Assembly (NCBI GenBank): GCA_964016885.1
Contig: OZ024763.1
Location: 8,742,001-8,806,000 of the forward strand
From: Eledone cirrhosa
Taxonomy: Eukaryota
Reading direction: 5' to 3'
Length of the DNA stretch: 64,000 nt
Shown here: positions 27,160 to 64,000 of the stretch, piece after piece
Layout: each line of letters starts with the position of its first letter
Numbering within the stretch: position 1 is the first letter of the stretch
Notes under the pieces: model-generated
What the model was told of the DNA's origin: nothing
Databases searched by the model: none
The model's input: only the letters and a program-made list of their open reading frames with translations
Program-made: the position numbers and the translations under genes

Positions 27160-27380
27160 TCATCATCATCACAGTTTTACGTCCGTTCTTCCACGCTAGC
27201 ATGGGTTAGACGGGTTGTCCTGTTGTGACCAGTGTCCGGTTGGGTGACCATGTCTTGCTCATACGGGAACTGATTCTGGCTTGATTTCTACAGCTGGATG
27301 CCCTTCCTAACACCAACCTCATTTACAGTGAGTGGTGGGTGCTTTTTTGCCATGGCACCTCCACAACCACTTTGCAGTGG
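27160..27380 (-). mobile_element. RTE 3' UTR fragment
   Basis: Reverse complement of 26275-26503. Confidence 0.8.
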
Positions 27381-27394
27381 GAGGGTGTGTGGGC

Positions 27395-27446
<52 letters not shown>

Positions 27447-27838
27447 GTACCAGTCAAGTTCTGGGGTTGATTCTTCTTCTAGCTATTTCTCTCTCTCTCT
27501 CTCTCCATATATATATATATCCTTCTATGTTGTTTACTTGTCCCCCTCGCTTTACGCGAATTACTGGTCCCAATAACTTTTTTTAGTTATTGCTCGCACC
27601 AACCTGAGGTATCTGATTTTTAATGCAATGAAATACCAATGATGGTTGGAAAATCACTGACGAAGGACTATTTTTATCATATGTAACTCATGTGCAACCA
27701 CGCAGTATTCTTCTTTCTTCTCATGTTTTTTATATATATATATATATATATTGTTATACTTTGGGAGGGTTATGCTGCCATTAAAGAGAGAGAGAGAGAG
27801 GGGGTGGGATTCATGAGATCTTTGAAAGGAAATAACCT

Positions 27839-27869
<31 letters not shown>

Positions 27870-28404
27870 TGAAAAAATAAAACACAGCAAAGATAAATAA
27901 ATTTAGAAGAAAATCTGTGATAAGACGGAACTGTAAAACCATCTTTAAGTAGTAGAGATAATAACAACAACAATAACAAGAACAATAACAGCAACAACAA
28001 CAACAACAATAACAACAACAGCAACAACAACAACAATAACAACAATAACAGCAAAAACAACAATAACAGCAACAATTGTCGTGGCAGCAGCAGACACCAT
28101 AATAACACAATAATATAATATAATACTACTGTAATGATACAATATTGATACAGTAATGATACAGTAATGAATTGATAATGATCGTGGCAGCAGCAGCAGC
28201 AGCAATATAAACATCATAACAACACAATAATATAATATATTTATTTATTTGCGTTCCAGCCGAGAGGCTGAGGCCATGCTGGGGCACCGCCACGTTATAT
28301 AATAACAATAATAATACAATATAGATACAATAATGATACAATAATAAATTGGTAGTGGTCGCAGCAGTAGTAATATTAAAGTCATAATAACATAATAATG
28401 ATTT

Positions 28405-28600
28405 CTACTAGAGACACAAGGCCAGCAATTTGGGGGACGGGGAAAGTCGATTAAATCGACGCCAGTGCATTACTGGTACTTTATTTTATCAACCCCGTAA
28501 GGATGAAAGGCAAAGCTAACCTCAGCGAGATTTGAAATCAGAAGGTAAAGGGCCGTAACTCTATGCCGCAAAGCATGGCGTCTGACGCTCTACCGATTAC
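28405..28600 (-). mobile_element. Second SINE family, near full-length copy
   Basis: Reverse complement matches 61250-61440 and 12150-12335. Confidence 0.75.
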
Positions 28601-28871
28601 AGACAATACCAATAACACTAATATTAAACAGCATAATAATTCTTATCTCTGCTAACAACGGGGACTTGTAAACCAACGACACCGGATTACGACAACAACA
28701 ATAACAACTTCAACATCATCAAACATACTACTACTAATAATAATAATAACAACAACAATAATTATGGTTGTTGTTGTTGTTGTTTAAACAATCTTGGTTG
28801 TAGTGCAGTGTTGGTGTTAGGGGCACGTTTAGAAATATAGCGGCTGGGGAGAGGAGGAACATATACACACG

Positions 28872-28889
<18 letters not shown>

Positions 28890-28903
<14 letters not shown>

Positions 28904-28926
28904 CATATATACATACTTAAATACAG

Positions 28927-28982
<56 letters not shown>

Positions 28983-29149
28983 GTGTGTGTGTGTGCATAT
29001 ATACATACTTAAATACAGGTGTGTGTGTATATATATATATATATGTGTGTGTGTGTGCATATATACATACTTAAATACAGGTGTGTGTGTATATATATAT
29101 ATATATGTGTGTGTGTGTGCATATATACATACTTAAATACAGATGTGTG

Positions 29150-29184
<35 letters not shown>

Positions 29185-29297
29185 GTGTGTGTGTGTGCAT
29201 ATATACATACTTAAATACAGGTGTGTGTGTATATATATATATATATGTATATATATATGTGTGTGTGTGTGCATATATACATACTTAAATACAGATG

Positions 29298-29334
<37 letters not shown>

Positions 29335-29384
29335 GTGTGTGTGTGTGCATATATACATACTTAAATACAGGTGTGTGTGTATAA

Positions 29385-29416
<32 letters not shown>

Positions 29417-29532
29417 GTGTGTGTGTGCATATATACATACTTAAATACAGGTGTGTGTGTATATATATGTATATATATATATATGTATATATATGTGTGT
29501 GTGTGTGTGCATATATACATACTTAAATACAG

Positions 29533-29578
<46 letters not shown>

Positions 29579-29889
29579 GTGTGTGTGTGTGCATATATAC
29601 ATACTTAAATACAGGTGTGTGTGTATATATATATGTATATATATATGTGTGTGTGTGTGCATATATACATACTTAAATACAGATGTGTGTGTATATATAT
29701 GTATATATATATATATGTATATATATATGTGTGTGTGTGTGCATATATACATACTTAAATACAGGTGTGTGTGTATATATATATATATATGTATATATAT
29801 ATGTGTGTGTGTGTGCATATATACATACTTAAATACAGGTGTGTGTGTATATATATGTATATATATATATATGTACAGATGTGTGTGTG

Positions 29890-29934
<45 letters not shown>

Positions 29935-30030
29935 ATATATACATACTTAAATACAGGTGTGTGTGTATATATATGTATATATATATGTGTGTGTGTGTGC
30001 ATATATACATACTTAAATACAGGTGTGTCT
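28890..30030. repeat. Satellite with a fixed core GCATATATACATACTTAAATACAG and variable (TG)n/(TA)n spacers, ~15 copies
   Basis: Directly visible. Confidence 0.9.
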
Positions 30031-30031
30031 G

Positions 30032-30084
<53 letters not shown>

Positions 30085-30105
30085 TTATATATATATATAT
30101 ATATA

Positions 30106-30141
<36 letters not shown>

Positions 30142-30143
30142 CA

Positions 30144-30204
<61 letters not shown>

Positions 30205-30253
30205 TGGAATTGAACTTTCAAGACAGTTGAGGTATGTCATACATCAATTCATC

Positions 30254-30319
30254 TATTTTATCTGACGAGGACGTACTGTAAAAACACCACAGTACCTTCG
30301 AAATATATATAATAAGACA
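30254..30319 (+). ncRNA. Type I hammerhead ribozyme-like motif, same family
   Basis: TTTTAT-CTGACGA-stem II (GTACTGT/ACAGTAC)-GAAA-TATATA-TA-ATAAGA. Confidence 0.6.
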
Positions 30320-30469
30320 TATATTTCGATTATGTGAATGTCTTCATGTATTATTATTATGAATATTCTGAATAATAACAACTCCAGAAAACCTACTGTA
30401 GAGTGCTTTTAATCTATTGTAAAACTATATCCATTGAGTAATCAACGAACCATATTAAACTTTGGTTAT

Positions 30470-30544
<75 letters not shown>

Positions 30545-30632
30545 AGACAACAAGCACTCCATCCCAGAAATTAACAAGCTTCCCTCAATATCTTTATCTC
30601 TATCTCTCTCTGAAAGGCTTCCTATCTCTCTC

Positions 30633-30679
<47 letters not shown>

Positions 30680-30955
30680 AATCTCTATCCCAATCTCTCT
30701 CTCTATATATATCTCCATCTCTTTCTCTCTCAATCTCCATCTCTCTCTCTCTATCTCCATCTCTCTCTCTCTATCTCCATCTCTCTCTCTCTCTATCTCC
30801 CACCTCTCTCTCTCTCTATCTCCACCTCTCTCTATCTATATATCTCTCTCTATCTCCATCTCTCTAATAGTCTTCCTCTCTTCTCCCAGAATTAAGCCAT
30901 TTACTTTTTTTTACTTAATTCTGCTGGCAAAACAACTGACAAGCAACAGATATCT

Positions 30956-33900
30956 ACCAGCACCAACACCACTACTGGTACTAGCACCAACACCACTACT
31001 GGTACCAGCACCAACACCACTACTGGTACCAGCACCAACACTACCACTAGCACCAACACCACTACTGGTACTAGCACCAACACCACTACTGGTACCAGCA
31101 CCAACACCACTACTGGTACCAGCACCAACACTACCACTAGCACCAACACCACTACTGGTACTAGCACCAACACCACCACTAGCACCAACACCACTACTGG
31201 TACTAGCACCAACACTACCACTAGCACCAACACCACTACTGGTACTAGCACCACTACTGGTACTAGCACCAACACCACTACTGGTACTAGCACCAACACC
31301 ACTACTGGTACTAGCACCAACACTACCACTAGCACCAACACCACTACTGGTACCAGCACCAACACTACCACTAGCACCAACACCACTACTGGTACTAGCA
31401 CCAACACCACTACTGGTACTAGCACCAACACCACCACTAGCACCAACACCACTACTGGTACTAGCACCAACACTACCACTAGCACCAACACCACTACTGG
31501 TACTAGCACCACTACTGGTACTAGCACCAACACCACTACTGGTACTAGCACCAACACCACTACTGGTACTAGCACCAACACCACCACTAGCACCAACACC
31601 ACTACTGGTACTAGCACCACTACTGGTACTAGCACCAACACCACTACTGGTACTAGCACCAACACCACCACTAGCACCAACACCACTACTGGTACTAGCA
31701 CCAACACCACCACTAGCACCAACACCACTACTGGTACCAGCACCAACACTACCACTAGCACCAACACCACTACTGGTACTAGCACCAACACCACCACTAG
31801 CACCAACACCACTACTGGTACTAGCACCAACACTACCACTAGCACCAACACCACTACTGGTACTAGCACCACTACTGGTACTAGCACCAACACCACTACT
31901 GGTACTAGCACCAACACCAACACTACCACTAGCACCAACACTACCACTAGCACCAACACCACTACTGGTACTAGCACCAACACCACTACTGGTACTAGCA
32001 CCAACACTACCACTAGCACCAACACCACTACTGGTACTAGCACCACTACTGGTACTAGCACCAACACCACTACTGGTACTAGCACCAACACTACCACTAG
32101 CACCAACACCACTACTGGTACTAGCACCACTACTGGTACTAGCACCAACACCACTACTGGTACTAGCACCAACACCACTACTGGTACTAGCACCAACACT
32201 ACCACTAGCACCAACACCACTACTGGTACTAGCACCACTACTGGTACTAGCACCAACACCACTACTGGTACTAGCACCAACACCACTACTGGTACTAGCA
32301 CCAACACTACCACTAGCACCAACACCACTACTGGTACTAGCACCAACACCACTACTGGTACTAGCACCAACACTACCACCAGCACCAACACCACTACTGG
32401 TACCAGCACCAACACCACTACTGGTACTAGCACCAACACTACCACCAGCACCAACACCACTACTGGTACTAGCACCACTACTGGTACTAGCACCAACACC
32501 ACTACTGGTACTAGCACCAACACTACCACTAGCACCAACACCACTACTGGTACTAGCACCACTACTGGTACTAGCACCAACACCACTACTGGTACTAGCA
32601 CCAACACCACTACTGGTACTAGCACCAACACTACCACTAGCACCAACACCACTACTGGTACCAGCACCAACACCACTACTGGTACTAGCACCAACACCAC
32701 TACTGGTACTAGCACCACTACTGGTACTAGCACCAACACTACCACAAGCACCAACACCACTACTGGTACCAGCACCACTACTGGTACCAGCACCAACACT
32801 ACCACTAGCACCAACACTACCACAAGCACCAACACCACTACTGGTACCAGCACCAACACTACCACTAGCACCAACACCACTACTGGTACCAGCACCAACA
32901 CTACCACTAGCACCAACACCACTACTGGTACTAGCACCAACACTACCACTAGCACCAACACCACTACTGGTACCAGCACCACTACTGGTACTAGCACCAA
33001 CACTACCACAAGCACCAACACCACTACTGGTACCAGCACCACTACTGGTACTAGCACCAACACTACCACTAGCACCAACACCACTACTGGTACCAGCACC
33101 AACACCACTACTGGTACTAGCACCAACACCACTACTGGTACTAGCACCACTACTGGTACTAGCACCAACACTACCACAAGCACCAACACCACTACTGGTA
33201 CCAGCACCACTACTGGTACTAGCACCAACACTACCACTAGCACCAACACCACTACTGGTACCAGCACCAACACCACTACTGGTACTAGCACCAACACCAC
33301 TACTGGTACTAGCACCACTACTGGTACTAGCACCAACACTACCACTAGCACCAACACCACTACTGGTACCAGCACCAACACTACCACTAGCACCAACACT
33401 ACCACAAGCACCAACACCACTACTGGTACCAGCACCACTACTGGTACCAGCACCAACACTACCACTAGCACCAACACCACTACTGGTACTAGCACCACTA
33501 CTGGTACCAGCACCAACACTACCACTAGCACCAACACCACTACTGGTACTAGCACCACTACTGGTACCAGCACCAACACTACCACTAGCACCAACACCAC
33601 TACTGGTACCAGCACCAACACTACCACTAGCACCAACACCACTACTGGTACTAGCACCACTACTGGTACCAGCACCAACACTACCACTAGCACCAACACC
33701 ACTACTGGTACCAGCACCAACACTACCACTAGCACCAACACCACTACTGGTACCAGCACCACTACTGGTACTAGCACCAACACTACCACTAGCACCACTA
33801 CTGGTACTAGCACCAACACTACCACTAGCACCAACACCACTACTGGTACCAGCACCAACACTACCACTAGCACCAACACCACTACTGGTACTAGCACCAC

Positions 33901-36900
33901 TACTGGTACCAGCACCAACACTACCACTAGCACCAACACCACTACTGGTACCAGCACCAACACTACCACTAGCACCAACACCACTACTGGTACCAGCACC
34001 AACACTACCACTAGCACCAACACCACTACTGGTACCAGCACCACTACTGGTACTAGCACCAACACTACCACAAGCACCAACACCACTACTGGTACCAGCA
34101 CCACTACTGGTACTAGCACCAACACTACCACAAGCACCAACACCACTACTGGTACTAGCACCAACACTACCACTAGCACCAACACCACTACTGGTACCAG
34201 CACCAACACTACCACTAGCACCAACACCACTACTGGTACCAGCACCACTACTGGTACTAGCACCAACACTACCACAAGCACCAACACCACTACTGGTACC
34301 AGCACCAACACTACCACTAGCACCAACACCACTACTGGTACCAGCACCAACACCACTACTGGTACTAGCACCAACACTACCACTAGCACCAACACCACTA
34401 CTGGTACTAGCACCAACACTACCACTAGCACCAACACCACTACTGGTACCAGCACCAACACTACCACTAGCACCAACACCACTACTGGTACTAGCACCAA
34501 CACCACTACTGGTACTAGCACCAACACTACCACTAGCACCAACACCACTACTGGTACCAGCACCAACACTACCACTAGCACCAACACCACTACTGGTACT
34601 AGCACCAACACCACTACTGGTACTAGCACCAACACCACTACTGGTACTAGCACCAACACCACTACTGGTACCAGCACCAACACTACCACTAGCACCAACA
34701 CCACTACTGGTACCAGCACCAACACTACCACTAGCACCAACACCACTACTGGTACTAGCACCAACACCACTACTGGTACTAGCACCAACACTACCACTAG
34801 CACCAACACCACTACTGGTACCAGCACCAACACTACCACTAGCACCAACACCACTACTGGTACTAGCACCAACACCACTACTGGTACTAGCACCAACACC
34901 ACTACTGGTACTAGCACCAACACCACTACTGGTACCAGCACCAACACTACCACTAGCACCAACACCACTACTGGTACCAGCACCAACACTACCACTAGCA
35001 CCAACACCACTACTGGTACTAGCACCAACACCACTACTGGTACTAGCACCAACACCACTACTGGTACTAGCACCAACACCACTACTGGTACCAGCACCAA
35101 CACTACCACTAGCACCAACACCACTACTGGTACCAGCACCAACACTACCACTAGCACCAACACCACTACTGGTACTAGCACCAACACCACTACTGGTACT
35201 AGCACCAACACTACCACTAGCACCAACACCACTACTGGTACCAGCACCAACACTACCACTAGCACCAACACCACTACTGGTACTAGCACCAACACCACTA
35301 CTGGTACTAGCACCAACACCACTACTGGTACTAGCACCAACACCACTACTGGTACCAGCACCAACACTACCACTAGCACCAACACCACTACTGGTACCAG
35401 CACCAACACTACCACTAGCACCAACACCACTACTGGTACCAGCACCAACACCACTACTGGTACTAGCACCAACACTACCACTAGCACCAACACCACTACT
35501 GGTACTAGCACCAACACTACCACTAGCACCAACACCACTACTGGTACCAGCACCAACACTACCACTAGCACCAACACCACTACTGGTACTAGCACCAACA
35601 CCACTACTGGTACTAGCACCAACACTACCACTAGCACCAACACCACTACTGGTACCAGCACCAACACTACCACTAGCACCAACACCACTACTGGTACTAG
35701 CACCAACACCACTACTGGTACTAGCACCAACACTACCACTAGCACCAACACCACTACTGGTACTAGCACCAACACCACTACTGGTACTAGCACCAACACC
35801 ACTACTGGTACTAGCACCAACACTACCACTAGCACCAACACCACTACTGGTACCAGCACCAACACCACTACTGGTACCAGCACCAACACCACTACTGGTA
35901 CTAGCACCAACACTACCACTAGCACCAACACCACTACTGGTACTAGCACCAACACTACTACTGGTACCAGCACCAACACTACCACTAGCACCAACACCAC
36001 TACTGGTACTAGCACCAACACTACCACTAGCACCAACACCACTACTGGTACTAGCACCAACACTACTACTGGTACCAGCACCAACACTACCACTAGCACC
36101 AACACCACTACTGGTACTAGCACCAACACTACCACTAGCACCAACACCACTACTGGTACCAGCACCAACACTACCACTAGCACCAACACTACCACTAGCA
36201 CCAACACCACTACTGGTACTAGCACCAACACTACCACTAGCACCAACACCACTACTGGTACCAGCACCAACACCACTACTGGTACTAGCACCAACACTAC
36301 CACTAGCACCAACACCACTACTGGTACCAGCACCAACACTACCACTAGCACCAACACCACTACTGGTACCAGCACCAACACTACCACTACTGGTACTAGC
36401 ACCAACACTACCACTAGCACCAACACCACTACTGGTACCAGCACCAACACTACCACTAGCACCAACACCACTACTGGTACTAGCACCAACACTACCACTA
36501 GCACCAACACCACTACTGGTACTAGCACCAACACTACCACTAGCACCAACACCACTACTGGTACTAGCACCAACACTACCACTAGCACCAACACCACTAC
36601 TGGTACTAGCACCAACACTACCACTAGCACCAACACCACTACTGGTACTAGCACCAACACTACCACTAGCACCAACACCACTACTGGTACTAGCACCAAC
36701 ACTACCACTAGCACCAACACCACTACTGGTACTAGCACCAACACTACCACTAGCACCAACACCACTACTGGTACTAGCACCAACACTACCACTAGCACCA
36801 ACACCACTACTGGTACTAGCACCAACACTACCACTAGCACCAACACCACTACTGGTACTAGCACCAACACTACCACTAGCACCAACACCACTACTGGTAC

Positions 36901-37003
36901 TAGCACCAACACTACCACTAGCACCAACACCACTACTGGTACTAGCACCAACACTACCACTAGCACCAACACCACTACTGGTACTAGCACCAACACCACT
37001 AGA
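30956..37003. repeat. 6-kb compound minisatellite of 18- and 24-bp modules (CCAACACCACTACTGGTA(C/T)AGCA-type)
   Basis: Directly visible. Module lengths are multiples of 3, leaving four stop-free frames. Confidence 0.95.
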
Positions 37004-37167
37004 GAGCACCACTACCACTTCTACCACCACTGCCACCACTAGATAGTAATAACAACTGTACCACCACCATCACTACCACTACTACCACCAACACCACTAC
37101 TGATACTAGCACCAACACCACTACTGATACTAGCACCAACACTACCACTAGTACTAGCACCACCACT

Positions 37168-38050
37168 ACTAGAGAGTAATAACAACATTAGAAACACCAC
37201 AACTACTCTCACCACCACCAGAGAGGACCACTCTCACTACTAGAGAGTAATAACAACATTAGAAACACCACAACTACTCTCACCACCACCAGAGAGGACC
37301 ACTCTCACTACTAGAGAGTAATAACAACATTAGAAACACCACAACTACTCTCACCACCACCAGAGAGGACCACTCTCACTACTAGAGAGTAATAACAACA
37401 TTAGAAACACCACAACTACTCTCACCACCACCAGAGAGGACCACTCTCACTACTAGAGAGTAATAACAACATTAGAAACACCACAACTACTCTCACCACC
37501 ACCAGAGAGGACCACTCTCACTACTAGAGAGTAATAACAACATTAGAAACACCACAACTACTCTCACCACCACCAGAGAGGACCACTCTCACTACTAGAG
37601 AGTAATAACAACATTAGAAACACCACAACTACTCTCACCACCACCAGAGAGGACCACTCTCACTACTAGAGAGTAATAACAACATTAGAAACACCACAAC
37701 TACTCTCACCACCACCAGAGAGGACCACTCTCACTACTAGAGAGTAATAACAACATTAGAAACACCACAACTACTCTCACCACCACCAGAGAGGACCACT
37801 CTCACTACTAGAGAGTAATAACAACATTAGAAACACCACAACTACTCTCACCACCACCAGAGAGGACCACTCTCACTACTAGAGAGTAATAACAACATTA
37901 GAAACACCACAACTACTCTCACCACCACCAGAGAGGACCACTCTCACTACTAGAGAGTAATAACAACATTAGAAACACCACAACTACTCTCACCACCACC
38001 AGAGAGCACCACTCTCACTACTAGAGAGTAATAACAACATTAGTAACACC
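37168..38050. repeat. 71-bp minisatellite, ~12 near-perfect copies
   Basis: ACTAGAGAGTAATAACAACATTAGAAACACC... recurs at 71-bp spacing (e.g. 37381, 37452). Confidence 0.95.
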
Positions 38051-38169
38051 ACTACTATCACCACTACTCTCACCGCTCCTCTCACTACCACCACTTGAGA
38101 GGACCACTCTCACTACTACCACTCTCACTACTAGAGAGTAATAACAACATTAGTAATACCATCGGCAAG

Positions 38170-64000
<25,831 letters not shown>

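Noticed and set aside
28890-30030. CRISPR-like repeat-spacer pattern
   Set aside because: Spacers are microsatellites rather than unique sequences, there are no cas genes, and the context is eukaryotic.
30462-37046. 2194-aa (LAPTPLLV)n ORF, and the overlapping 2032- and 2042-aa minus-strand ORFs, as genes
   Set aside because: They start at non-ATG codons in simple repeats, have no domain, and are open only because the module lengths are multiples of 3. Kept as a finding, not a CDS.
37168-38169. In-frame N-terminal repeat extension of LPCAT3
   Set aside because: The 71-bp unit is not a multiple of 3 and cycles stop codons through every frame.

Overview
AT-rich, microsatellite-dense eukaryotic genomic DNA, most likely a coleoid cephalopod (octopus-like). 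That assignment is inferred from the tandem C2H2 zinc-finger paralogues and the RTE LINE/SINE and (TA)n/(CA)n landscape. Four protein-coding genes are supported. Two are tandem C2H2 zinc-finger ORFs on the minus strand (4325-5239, 8049-8990). One is a complete 4-exon ZMAT5 (U11/U12 snRNP 20K) CDS on the plus strand (11977-16040). The last is the first 11 coding exons of an MBOAT lysophospholipid acyltransferase of the LPCAT3/nessy type (38170 to beyond 64000). The rest consists of two 5'-truncated RTE LINEs with a PHD-like finger inserted after the RT core, tRNA-derived SINEs, TTAA-flanked piggyBac-like MITEs that seed minisatellites, hAT/Tc1-type MITEs, hammerhead-ribozyme-like motifs of the Penelope type, and large tandem arrays. 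One 6-kb array is open in four of six frames and lies directly upstream of the LPCAT3 start exon. Most ORFs in the supplied track are microsatellite artefacts. No clearly novel system is proven. The best leads are tandem duplicated splice acceptors in LPCAT3, repeated amplification of a MITE terminus, the ZNF gene-conversion/chimera pattern, and the hammerhead motifs. All alignments were done by eye.
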